Below are positions 37,566 to 46,637 of a DNA stretch of 52,343 bases, one piece after another (positions within the stretch are counted from its first letter, which is position 1; every line of letters begins with the position of its first letter). The stretch lies in contig JBBSOH010000001.1 of assembly GCA_038259945.1 (NCBI GenBank), positions 1-52,343 of the forward strand, read 5' to 3'. A program made the position numbers and the translations under genes. The notes below the pieces were generated by a model. The model saw only the letters and a list, made by a program, of their open reading frames with translations, ran no database searches and was not told where the DNA came from. The DNA is from Acidimicrobiales bacterium. GTDB lineage: Bacteria; Actinomycetota; Acidimicrobiia; Acidimicrobiales; Ilumatobacteraceae.

Positions 37566-38186
37566 ATGACACAGGCACCGCCGATCCGCGTCTCGATCGT
37601 CAACGACTACGAAGTGGTCGTTGCCGGTGTGGCCGCCATGCTGGCGCCGTTCGGCGATCGTGTCGAGGTCGTCGAGACCGAGGCCGGCGGGCTTCCCGAC
37701 CTGCCGGCGGACATCGCCCTGTTCGACACGTTCGCGGGGCGCCGCCGATCACTGAGTCGCATCGACGATCTCGCCGAGGACCGTGACCTGGCCAAGGTCG
37801 TTCTGTACACGTGGGACCTGCCCAAGGACTTCGCCCGTGACATCGACATGCGCTCGATCGATGGCGTGATCATGAAGAGCACCACGGGCGCTGAACTCGT
37901 CGATGCGCTCGAACGCGTGCACGAGGGGGAGTTCGTCGGGTCGAACGTGGTCGACGAACGAGACATCGGATCCACCCTCACCGAACGTGAGCGGGAAGTA
38001 CTCGCCCTGCTGTCGCAGGGCGCCAGCAACCGCGAGGTCGCCGTCGAGTTGTACCTCTCGATCGACACGGTGAAGACCCACGTGCGCAAGGTGTTCACGA
38101 AGCTGGGTGTGGGCAACCGCACGCAGGCGGCTCTCATCGCTCGCGACTACGGGCTGGAGATCCACAAGCCCGAGTCGGTTGCCTGA
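37566..38186 (+). CDS. NarL/LuxR family response regulator (orphan)
   Basis: Receiver VNDYEVV..IALFD..T..K. HTH LTEREREVLALL..SNREVA..TVKTHV. Confidence 0.92.
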   Translation: MTQAPPIRVSIVNDYEVVVAGVAAMLAPFGDRVEVVETEAGGLPDLPADIALFDTFAGRRRSLSRIDDLAEDRDLAKVVLYTWDLPKDFARDIDMRSIDGVIMKSTTGAELVDALERVHEGEFVGSNVVDERDIGSTLTEREREVLALLSQGASNREVAVELYLSIDTVKTHVRKVFTKLGVGNRTQAALIARDYGLEIHKPESVA

Positions 38187-38243
38187 TCCCAGCCATCTGA
38201 AACACCCGGATGAACCAGTCCGGCCGAGACGCCGTCGACGTTG

Positions 38244-38648
38244 TCAGTGCGCGAACTTGATGCAGCGAAGGTGGAGCCGACCGGCGACATCGACGAGTTC
38301 GACTCGGTCCATGATCGCGTCCACGATGAAGAGGCCGCGACCCGACAGCGCCGATGGGTCGGGGAGAGCGGGAATTTCTGTGCCTGCCAGACCTTCCGCG
38401 TTCGACACGTCGATGACCCACCCGTCATCGTCTGCGTGTACATCGACGGTCAGGGTGCCGCAGTTGTTGTACTGGATGGCGTTCGTCGCCAATTCACTCA
38501 CGACCAACTGCAGCTGTTCCACGATGTCGTCGGAGGCATGCGTGGATCGGGCGGTGCGGGCAACGTGATCTCGGACCGCAGCGAGTTGCGACATGTCTGC
38601 ATCCACCGTCAGGCGGCGGTCCGGCTGCGACGTGTCGGACGATCTCAC
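38244..38648 (-). CDS. RsbW-like anti-sigma factor / Ser kinase (HATPase_c)
   Basis: LVVSELATNAIQY N-box and GRGLFIVDAIMD G-box. Confidence 0.88.
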   Translation of the reverse strand: MRSSDTSQPDRRLTVDADMSQLAAVRDHVARTARSTHASDDIVEQLQLVVSELATNAIQYNNCGTLTVDVHADDDGWVIDVSNAEGLAGTEIPALPDPSALSGRGLFIVDAIMDRVELVDVAGRLHLRCIKFAH

Positions 38649-38658
38649 AGGACCCAGT

Positions 38659-38683
38659 CTTCCCGATCAGTGCGACCGCAAAC
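38659..38683 (-). promoter_or_regulatory. Putative SigB/SigF-type promoter for the RsbW-like kinase
   Basis: Minus strand GTTT-N15-GGGAAG, 10 nt before GTG 38648. Confidence 0.6.
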
Positions 38684-38785
38684 ACACTCGAGGCGGTGGT
38701 CGATCGAAACGTTGCGGGCGTCGGCCACTGCGGGTCCGCTGAGCTGCTGACCGCGCCAAAGCCCGGACCCGTCAGCCGGGGCCGG

Positions 38786-39100
38786 TCAGCCGGGGTCGAC
38801 GACGTTCAGATGGTCCGAGAGGCCGCTGATCTCGAGGATCCTGGTGACCGACTTACTGGGTCGTTCGAGCAGCAACCTGCGTCCGTCGGTCTCGGCCTGC
38901 TGGTGGGCACCGATGATCACCCGCAACCCGCTGGAGTCGATGAACCCGACCTCTGCGACGTCGAGGCGGATGTCACCGCTCGCGGTCAGCTGTTCGAGGG
39001 CGCTCGACAGATCCGGGCAGGTGTGTGCGTCGATGTCGCCGGACACCACGACGCGGTCGCCGTCCTGAGTGACGTTCAAGCGCGCAGTGGGATCTGACAT
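38786..39100 (-). CDS. STAS domain anti-anti-sigma factor (RsbV-like)
   Basis: SGDID, FIDSSGL phospho-Ser motif, RILEISGL. Confidence 0.93.
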   Translation of the reverse strand: MSDPTARLNVTQDGDRVVVSGDIDAHTCPDLSSALEQLTASGDIRLDVAEVGFIDSSGLRVIIGAHQQAETDGRRLLLERPSKSVTRILEISGLSDHLNVVDPG

Positions 39101-39190
39101 CGCACAGAGATTATCGCCTGTCGATGGGCATGCGGAGAATGGGCGAGGGGATCACCCGTGTGGGTGACGGAACCCGGCGCCCGGGTGATC

Positions 39191-39988
39191 TCACTCCTCG
39201 TCGGGACTGCCCTGGTCGGGCTGGTCGCCGGCGGTCAGAACGTCGCGCATCTGCTCGAACGACCGCTTCAGGAGTCGGCTGACGTGCATCTGCGACACGC
39301 CCACGCGCTCGGCGATCTCGCTCTGCGACTTGTCCTCGAAGAACCGCAGTCGAATGATCTCCTGCTGGCGCTCGGGGAGGTCGGCGACGAGATGGCTCAG
39401 GAGGTGGACGTTCTCCGCGTGTTCGAACATGTCGTCGTCGGTCGCGAGCGCGGCTTGGCGATCGGTGGGCATGTCGTCGTCGTTGCGGCCGCCGTCGATG
39501 GTGCCGACCGATGACGCCGCCGAGGCGGCCAGGCCTCGGAGCACGTCGTCGCGCTCGATGTCGAGATGCTTCGCCAGATCGTCGACGCTGGGCGACATCG
39601 CATTGCGCTGTTCCAGTTCGGTCGCAGCATTGCGGACCAGCAGGTGGAGTTCCTTCGCGCTCCTCGGCACCTTGACCGCCCACGAGGCATCGCGGAAGTG
39701 CCGCTTGAGTTCGCCTTCGATCGTGCGCCCCGCAAACGAGGAGAATGCTGCGCCGTACTCCGGATCGAACCGGTCGACCGCCTTGACGAGACCGATCATC
39801 GCGACCTGCCGGAGGTCGTCGTCGCGCCGCCCGGCACGGGAGTAACGCTTGGCGATGTGCGCCGCCAGTCCCATGTGGCGTTCGACGAGTTGGTTGCGCA
39901 GTCGTCGCTTCTTCGATGCGGCGAACTCCCGGAAGAGGCTGAGGTCGTCGAGGTCGACCTCGGTGTCGGTGGAGCCGCCGTCAGCCAT
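39191..39988 (-). CDS. SigB/SigF/SigG family RNA polymerase sigma factor
   Basis: DDLRQVAMIGLVKAVDRFDP, TIEGELKRHFRD.SWAVKVPR, SQSEIAERVGVSQMHVSRLL. Start set at MADGG. Confidence 0.95.
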   Translation of the reverse strand: MADGGSTDTEVDLDDLSLFREFAASKKRRLRNQLVERHMGLAAHIAKRYSRAGRRDDDLRQVAMIGLVKAVDRFDPEYGAAFSSFAGRTIEGELKRHFRDASWAVKVPRSAKELHLLVRNAATELEQRNAMSPSVDDLAKHLDIERDDVLRGLAASAASSVGTIDGGRNDDDMPTDRQAALATDDDMFEHAENVHLLSHLVADLPERQQEIIRLRFFEDKSQSEIAERVGVSQMHVSRLLKRSFEQMRDVLTAGDQPDQGSPDEE

Positions 39989-40442
39989 GGGCCTCGTCCG
40001 CGGCCTTGACGAGCGTGACACCGGTGTTGTCGACCACGTGGCGATCCACGACGGAGGAGAGGATGGTCTCCGCAAGTGTGTCGAGGACGAGGCGCTCGTC
40101 GTCGAGACCGCGGTGCAGCGTGATCGTGATGGTGCCGGGCGTCGCGGTGTACGCGACGTGCGCCCGTGTGGCCCCGACGTCCTCGGCATCGTCGGTGAGC
40201 AGTGTGAACACTTCGGACACGGCGAGTTTGACGTCGTCGATCTCGTCGATGCTCAACCCGTTCTCCGATCCGAGCGAGGCGACGATCAGCCGCAGGGTCG
40301 CCGCATGCTCGGCCCGCAACGGCACGGCGATGTCGATCGTGTCGACCGTCGGATCCGATGAGGTGCCCATGGCGCTGTCGTCCGTGGTGCCGCCGTGGAC
40401 GGTTCCGGTGGTCTGATCGTTGCCGGTGGAAGCGGCCTGCAT
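39981..40442 (-). CDS. Degenerate RsbW/UsfX-like anti-sigma factor (start uncertain: 40451, 40442 or 40370)
   Basis: VPLRAEHAATLRL, SIDEIDDVKLAVSEV, ILSSVVD. Lacks the N-box Asn and GxGL. Overlaps the sigma gene start. Confidence 0.78.
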   Translation of the reverse strand: MQAASTGNDQTTGTVHGGTTDDSAMGTSSDPTVDTIDIAVPLRAEHAATLRLIVASLGSENGLSIDEIDDVKLAVSEVFTLLTDDAEDVGATRAHVAYTATPGTITITLHRGLDDERLVLDTLAETILSSVVDRHVVDNTGVTLVKAADEAHG

Positions 40443-40472
40443 GTCACCCATCGAGCGAACGGTAGCGGGCAC

Positions 40473-40498
40473 GTTTCGATCCGCCGCTCTCCGGGTAG
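40473..40498 (+). promoter_or_regulatory. Putative SigB/SigF-type promoter for the DUF2254 gene (leaderless)
   Basis: GTTT-N16-GGGTAG, 8 nt before ATG 40507. Confidence 0.65.
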
Positions 40499-40506
40499 CA
40501 GAGACC

Positions 40507-41958
40507 ATGATGGGGCGGGTGTACGCAAGGTTGCGACAGTTGCTGGGCATCGTTCGGCTCCGCCAACTCGCCGACCAGATCCGGCACCGACTCTCGTTCA
40601 TCCCGGGGCTGTACGTCCTCGGCGCGTTCGTCGTCGTGCAGGTGACGTTGGTGATCGACCGGGCGCTGAGCGACCAGGAGGTGCCTCAGTACTTCGCCAC
40701 CACCGTCGACAGTGCCCGATCGGTCTTCGCCGCCATCGCTGGCGGTCTGATCACCTCGATCACGCTGCTGTTGTCGATGATGCTGATCACGGTGCAGTTG
40801 GCGAGTTCGCAGTTCTCCCCGCGCACTCTGCGCGACTGGCTGGGCGACGCGTACCTGAAGCACACGGTGGGGCTGGCCCTCGGCACGACCGTGTTCTCGC
40901 TGGTGGCGCTGCGCTCGACCCGATCGTTCGGCGAGGACGGCGGCGAGATCGTCCCGCACCTCTCGGTGATCCTGGCGGTCGTGCTCGGTGTCGTGTCGCT
41001 GTTCGGTGTCGTCCAGTCGGTGGACCACGTGACGCAGAGTCTCCAGATCGGCTCCGTGGCCCGACGTATCGCCGCCGACACGATCGCCATCGTCGAGTCG
41101 AGTGACGAGATGGGCCCGGGGCAGGCGCCTGCCCGAACACCCAGCTCCGGCGACCCGGCATCGGTCGTCGGTCGAGATCACCACGCTCGTGATGGTCGAC
41201 CCGAACGCGAAAGGATTTCCGTACACGAAGAGCGACCAGGGACCGACGGTGAGTCCGGAGAGGGCGACGAGGCTGATCGGGTTCCCGACGATGCCATCGC
41301 GATCGAGGCAGCGGCCGCGGGGTGGGTCCAGCAGATCCGTCCGGCGTCGATCATCGAGCGTCTTCCCGAGGGTGCAACGGGCTACATCGTGGCCCCGCTG
41401 GGGTCGTTCGTACCGAGCGGGACACCTCTGATGTGGGTGTCGCCCGCTCCGCCCGAGGACCACGAGTGCAGAACGGAACTGCTGAACGGGTTCGCACTCG
41501 GGGACACCCGGACGATGCAGCAGGACATCGGCTTCGGACTGGTGCAGTTGACCGACATCGCCGTGCGCGCCCTCTCGCCGGGCGTGAACGACCCGAGCAC
41601 GGCCAACGATCTGATCGTCCACCTCGGCGATGTGATGCTCGCCATCTGGTCCAAGCCGGTCGCCGAGGGTCGTGAGGAGCAGGACGGTCGATCACTCGTG
41701 CGACTGCATCCGCAGCACGAGGAGTACCTGCGACGCGCCTTCGATCCGATCCGGCGCTACGGAGCCTCGGATCCGACCGTGATGCTGACGATGGTGCGCA
41801 CGCTGCGAATGCTGGTGGCCGAGATCGAGCGGCGGTCGCTGCCCGGCCCGTCCGCACCGGTGAACGCGATGATCGACGACACGATCTTCGGTGCCGACAC
41901 CGATCTGTGGGCACCGTACGAGACGGAACAGTTGCACTCCCTCGCACGTCCGTCCTGA
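40507..41958 (+). CDS. DUF2254 family membrane protein
   Basis: TVQLASSQFSPR, RTMQQDIGFG..QLTDIAVRALSPGVNDPSTA. Confidence 0.9.
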   Translation: MMGRVYARLRQLLGIVRLRQLADQIRHRLSFIPGLYVLGAFVVVQVTLVIDRALSDQEVPQYFATTVDSARSVFAAIAGGLITSITLLLSMMLITVQLASSQFSPRTLRDWLGDAYLKHTVGLALGTTVFSLVALRSTRSFGEDGGEIVPHLSVILAVVLGVVSLFGVVQSVDHVTQSLQIGSVARRIAADTIAIVESSDEMGPGQAPARTPSSGDPASVVGRDHHARDGRPERERISVHEERPGTDGESGEGDEADRVPDDAIAIEAAAAGWVQQIRPASIIERLPEGATGYIVAPLGSFVPSGTPLMWVSPAPPEDHECRTELLNGFALGDTRTMQQDIGFGLVQLTDIAVRALSPGVNDPSTANDLIVHLGDVMLAIWSKPVAEGREEQDGRSLVRLHPQHEEYLRRAFDPIRRYGASDPTVMLTMVRTLRMLVAEIERRSLPGPSAPVNAMIDDTIFGADTDLWAPYETEQLHSLARPS

Positions 41959-42045
41959 CCCTGTTCCCCCGACGCCGTTCGTCCCGACGCAGTTCGCCGA
42001 CCTCGTGCAGCGCAGAGGCGGTCCGTCGGGCCACACTGTCGACCG

Positions 42046-42747
42046 GTGGGAGAGTCGCTGCGGATCGTGTCCTGGAACATCGAGTTCGGTCTGCGGCCAG
42101 ACGTGGCCGCCCGTGACCTGTCCGAGCACGAGGATCTCGTCGGCGCCGACCTCGTGTTGCTCCAGGAGATGGACCGACCCGGATCGGAACTGATCGCCGA
42201 CGCCCTCGGGTTCGACCATGCCTATGCCGCTGCTGCGGTCTTCCCCGGCACCGGACGCGAACTGGGAAATGCGATCCTGTCGCGGCATCCGCTTTCTCGA
42301 GTGCGTGAGATCGCCCTTCCGCACACCGCCCCGTTCGGTGGGCAGGCGCGATCGGCTCTCACTGTGTCGATCGACGTGGCGGGCGTGGCCGTGGCCGCGT
42401 ACAGCGTCCATGCCGAGACAGTGCTCCTGCGATATGCCCGACGTCTCGACCAGTACGCGACCGTCACCTCCGATCTCCGACAGCACGCACCGGCGACGCC
42501 GGTGATCGTCGGAGGCGACTTCAACACGGTCGGGCGTCGCGAGGTGAGAGGGCTCGTGCGAACGATGTCCGACGCCGGGCTCGACCACGTGTCGTCACCG
42601 TCCGCTGCGACGTTCTCCCGTTTCGGTCGTGACTTCACGCTGGACCACGTCTTCACCCGCCACGCCGTGTGCCGGTCGTCGGCCGTCGTGACCGACTCGA
42701 CCGCCAGCGACCATCGCCCGATCCGCATCGACCTGAACCTCGACTGA
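42046..42747 (+). CDS. Endonuclease/exonuclease/phosphatase family protein
   Basis: SWNI, LQEMD, GNAILSR, GGDFN, LDHVF, ASDHRP. Confidence 0.92.
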   Translation: MGESLRIVSWNIEFGLRPDVAARDLSEHEDLVGADLVLLQEMDRPGSELIADALGFDHAYAAAAVFPGTGRELGNAILSRHPLSRVREIALPHTAPFGGQARSALTVSIDVAGVAVAAYSVHAETVLLRYARRLDQYATVTSDLRQHAPATPVIVGGDFNTVGRREVRGLVRTMSDAGLDHVSSPSAATFSRFGRDFTLDHVFTRHAVCRSSAVVTDSTASDHRPIRIDLNLD

Positions 42748-42873
42748 ACCTCGACGGCGGCTGAACACGAACTCTCCGACAAGGCTCAGCCGAAACCGGT
42801 GCTTCGGGCCCCTTGGCCCGCATGACGAGGTCAGCAGGATGGCCATGTCGCCTGACTACCGACGCCCGCTGTG

Positions 42874-43623
42874 TCAGAGGCCGCCGGCCACGATGATCGT
42901 CTGGCCGGTCACCCAGCCACCCGCACCGCTGGCGAGGTAGACCGCAGTCGAGCCCATGTCGTCGGGGGTGCCCAGTCGTTGGAGCGGGACACGCTTGGTC
43001 GCCATCACCTCCAGTGCGGCCTCGTCGGTGTCGAGAGCGGTCATCATCACCTCGGTCGGGACGTATCCCGGCGAGATGCCGTTGACGCGCACCGTCGGGG
43101 CGAGTTCGAGCGAGAGCGTCTTGGTCAGTGAGTTGACCCCGGCCTTCGCCGCCGCATAGTGGCCGCTGCCCGGCACGCCCCGGTCACCGGCGGGCGACGA
43201 GATGTTGATGATGCTGCCGCCGTCGGTCATGCGTTCGGCGGCGATCACCGAAGCCCGCCACACCGACGTGAGGTTCAGCGCGAGGCATGCGTCCCAGTCG
43301 TCCTCGGAGATGTCGGCGAGCGGCGACCTCACCGGCGAACCGCCTGCATTGTTCACCCACACGTGGAGTCCACCGAAGGCATCGATCGCCGCATCGGCGA
43401 GAGCGACCAGCGCGCCCCGCTCCGTCACATCGGTCGCCACCGCAAGGGCCTGAGCTCCGGTCGCAACGATGTCGGTGGCGACTCGGTCGATGCGGTCCTG
43501 ATGGCGTGCTGCCACGACCACCGATGCACCCGCAGCGGCGAGGCTCGTCGCAATTCCTTCGCCGATGCCCTGCCCGCCGCCGGTGACGACAGCGACCTTG
43601 CCGGTCAGATCGAATGGGTTCAT
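42874..43623 (-). CDS. SDR family oxidoreductase
   Basis: TGGGQGIG, WVNNAGG, HYAAAK, VRVNGISPG. Confidence 0.92.
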   Translation of the reverse strand: MNPFDLTGKVAVVTGGGQGIGEGIATSLAAAGASVVVAARHQDRIDRVATDIVATGAQALAVATDVTERGALVALADAAIDAFGGLHVWVNNAGGSPVRSPLADISEDDWDACLALNLTSVWRASVIAAERMTDGGSIINISSPAGDRGVPGSGHYAAAKAGVNSLTKTLSLELAPTVRVNGISPGYVPTEVMMTALDTDEAALEVMATKRVPLQRLGTPDDMGSTAVYLASGAGGWVTGQTIIVAGGL

Positions 43624-43762
43624 GGATGTGCTCCTTCTGGTGTGTGTCGACGCCCGACTCCTTCGAGCCCGTGTGGCCGATTCCCGGACCTGGTGCGTTC
43701 GGAGAACGAGCCCGACCATCGGGCAGGGTTCGGTGGGGACACTGGACCGACCCCGGCCTGAT

Positions 43763-44857
43763 TCAGTGGACGAGGACGGGCTTGATGACCGACCCGTCGG
43801 CGCTGGCCGCCTCGGCCTCGTTGATCTGGTCCAGCGGGTAGGTCGTGATCAGTTCGTGGAACGGGAACTCGCCGGCAGCGTTCAACGCCGCGAGCCGTGG
43901 GATGAACTCGTCGGGAGTGGAGTCGCCCTCCATCACGCCCGTGATCGTGCGGCCGCCGATCAGCGACAGGAAATCGAAGGTGAGGTCGCCGAACCCGACC
44001 CCGGCCATTCCGAGCGTGCCGAGGTTGTTGAGCCCTTCGAATGCTGAGCGCACGACGCCGGCGTTGCCGGTGGTGTCGAACGCATAGTCGGCGCCTCCCC
44101 CTGTCGCGTCGACGATCTGAGCCGTGATCTCTGCGGGGTCACCGGTGATCGTGGTGGTGGCGCCGTACTTCGTGGCGAGGTCGAGGCGGTTCGCGTGCCG
44201 ATCGACGGCGATGATCTCGCCGGCACATGCGACCTTCGCCGCCATCACTGCGCTCAGCCCCAGCGCGCCGGCCCCGGTGATCACGACAGAGGACCCGGGC
44301 TGCACGTCGAGTGTGTTCAGGATCGCTCCGGCACCGGTCTGGATGCCGCATCCGAGCGGGCCGAGCAGCGTGAGGTCGTAGCTCGGATCGACCTTGACGA
44401 CCGACCTCGCAGCCACGACGGAGTGGCCGGCGAACGACGACTGGCCGAAGAAGTGCGAGCCCACCGAGTTGCCGTCGGAATCGGTGAACGACTTCGTCCC
44501 GTCGGGACGCCCGCCGCTCATGTTGTACTCGGTGAGGCGGAAGCAGTACGGCAGCTTGCCGACGTCGCATGCGGCGCACGAGCCGCAGTGGTTGAACGAG
44601 AGCACCACATGATCGCCGACCGTCAGACCGCGAACGTCGGCACCGATTGCCTCGACGATCCCCGATCCTTCGTGCCCGTACACCTGCGGACCTGCGAAGA
44701 ACTCGGGTGGAAGTTCGCGTGACAACAGATCGGTGTGGCACATCCCGCTCGCCACCATCCGGACGAGCACCTCGTCGGAGCGAGGGTCCTCCAACTCGAG
44801 GTCCTCCACGATGAACGGTCCGTTCCCGGATCGCATGACGGCTGCGCGTACCTGCAT
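43763..44857 (-). CDS. Zn-dependent alcohol dehydrogenase (aryl/benzyl-alcohol dehydrogenase-like)
   Basis: GMCHTD, GHEGSG, CGSCAAC..C structural Zn, FFGQSSF, PLGCGIQTGAG. Confidence 0.93.
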   Translation of the reverse strand: MQVRAAVMRSGNGPFIVEDLELEDPRSDEVLVRMVASGMCHTDLLSRELPPEFFAGPQVYGHEGSGIVEAIGADVRGLTVGDHVVLSFNHCGSCAACDVGKLPYCFRLTEYNMSGGRPDGTKSFTDSDGNSVGSHFFGQSSFAGHSVVAARSVVKVDPSYDLTLLGPLGCGIQTGAGAILNTLDVQPGSSVVITGAGALGLSAVMAAKVACAGEIIAVDRHANRLDLATKYGATTTITGDPAEITAQIVDATGGGADYAFDTTGNAGVVRSAFEGLNNLGTLGMAGVGFGDLTFDFLSLIGGRTITGVMEGDSTPDEFIPRLAALNAAGEFPFHELITTYPLDQINEAEAASADGSVIKPVLVH

Positions 44858-45028
44858 CTGATGATCGTGCCAGGCCCGGCCATCGCAGCCCGAGCCGGGA
44901 CGTCCGTCCACCGTGCCCAACAGGCACACGGCAGGACTCCGAGGGGACTCGGTCCACTGCGTTCGACAGACGTGCGGTCGGACGGGTTGCCGGTGGACGG
45001 GTTGCAGTTCAGCGGGTGGTGGGGCTCG

Positions 45029-46024
45029 TCAGTGAGCGGGCTCGACGGCCCCGTCGTGGGACTCGTCGTGGTCGCTCTTGTGGAAGAACCGCAGGACGAT
45101 CGCTGTGATGATGCCGCCGACGATCAACCCGATGATGGCCGACACGCTGGTGTTGAACAGCCAGCCGAGCGCACCGCCGAGATCCTGTTCGATGTCGTGG
45201 ACGGGTTCGTAGAGCGAGTTCAACCACGGCTGATCGAACTCCCCGGACAGTTCATGGGTGCCGACGAGGATGATGTGGCCACCCACCCAGAGCATCGCGG
45301 CCGTCCCGACGATCGTGAGCCACGACAGCAGCTTCGGCATCCCGGCAACGAGCGCGCGGCCCACCTTCTTCGACCCGTCGGACTCCTGTTCGGCGAGCTT
45401 CAGGCCGATGTCGTCCATCTTCACGATCAACGCGACGATCCCGTAGACGACGGCGGTGATCAGGACGGCGACGACGACGAGGATGATCGCCTGACGGACG
45501 AGACCGTCGTTGCCGTCGTCGATCAGGCCCTTCAGCGAGATCACCATGATCTCGGCCGACAGGATCAGGTCGGTGCGGATCGCACCCTTGATCGTGGCCT
45601 CCTCGGCTTCGGGGCCCCTCATCACGGCCGGCACCTCGGGCTCGGCGTGAGCGTCGCCGGGCGTGCGGTGTGCGACCTTGTGGTAGATCTTCTCGGCACC
45701 CTCGAAACACAGGTAGGCGCCGCCGAACATCAGGATGATCTCGACCGAGATGGGCAGCACGGCATTCAGCAACAGAGCGATCGGGATGATGATCAGCAGC
45801 TTGTTGCGCAGCGACCCGAGGGCGATCTTCTTGATGATCGGCAACTCTCGCTCGGCTGCGAGCCCGCGGACATACGCCGGCGTGACCGCGGTGTCGTCGA
45901 TGACGACGCCCGCTGCCTTGGCGCTGGCTTTGCCTGCAGCGGCCCCGATGTCGTCGACTGACGCCGCCGCCACCTTCGCCAGTGCGGCGATGTCGTCCAA
46001 CAGTGCAGCGAGGCCACCGGCCAT
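45029..46024 (-). CDS. DUF808 (YedI-like) inner membrane protein
   Basis: MAGGLAALLDD, KAAGVVIDDTAVTP, GAIRTDLILSAEIM, VKMDDIG. GAAGGAG RBS. Confidence 0.92.
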   Translation of the reverse strand: MAGGLAALLDDIAALAKVAAASVDDIGAAAGKASAKAAGVVIDDTAVTPAYVRGLAAERELPIIKKIALGSLRNKLLIIIPIALLLNAVLPISVEIILMFGGAYLCFEGAEKIYHKVAHRTPGDAHAEPEVPAVMRGPEAEEATIKGAIRTDLILSAEIMVISLKGLIDDGNDGLVRQAIILVVVAVLITAVVYGIVALIVKMDDIGLKLAEQESDGSKKVGRALVAGMPKLLSWLTIVGTAAMLWVGGHIILVGTHELSGEFDQPWLNSLYEPVHDIEQDLGGALGWLFNTSVSAIIGLIVGGIITAIVLRFFHKSDHDESHDGAVEPAH

Positions 46025-46121
46025 CTCGTCTCCTTCGGGATCGGGGAACAGGGATCGAGCAGGCGATCGGGCGCTCACGATAGTTGGCGCCGCAGCGGAG
46101 CGGCCGTCCTCCTCTGTGGAC

Positions 46122-46579
46122 ATGACTCCTGATCTCCAAGTGTCCCGCGACATCGCCGCCCCCCGGCCGTCGTGTACGCCGCGCTGACCGACATCACGCG
46201 CATGGGCGAGTGGTCACCGGAGACCCATCGGGCCGAATGGAACGACGGTGTCGACGGGCCGGCGATCGGTGCGCGATTCACGGGCCACAACCGCAACGGC
46301 GACAACGAGTGGAGCATCGAGGCCGAAATCGTCGAACTCGTTCCCGAGGAGCGGTTCTTCTTCGACTGCAACTCACGGGGGTTCGTGTTCTCGAAGTGGG
46401 GATATTCGATCGAGCCGACCGACGCCGGTTGCGCGGCCACCGAGCACTGGCAGGATCTCCGTCCCGAGGCCGCCGAGGCCGGGAGCGCCAGCGTGTCGGG
46501 TGTGGAGGATCGCGTCGCCCACAATCGCATCGGCATGGAACAGACCCTCGAACGACTCGCCGTCGCCGTCGAAGCCTGA
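46122..46579 (+). CDS. SRPBCC/polyketide cyclase family protein with an apparent one-base frameshift in a C run at 46159-46164
   Basis: ATG 46122 gives MTPDLQVSRDIAAP; another frame continues AVVYAALTDITRMGEWSPE..GARFTGHN. One more C joins them into 152 aa. Confidence 0.8.
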
Positions 46580-46637
46580 GCCGACTGGTCGCAGGTCGGC
46601 GAGCCATCGGTTGCAGCTCGCACCGTCGAATTCTGGA

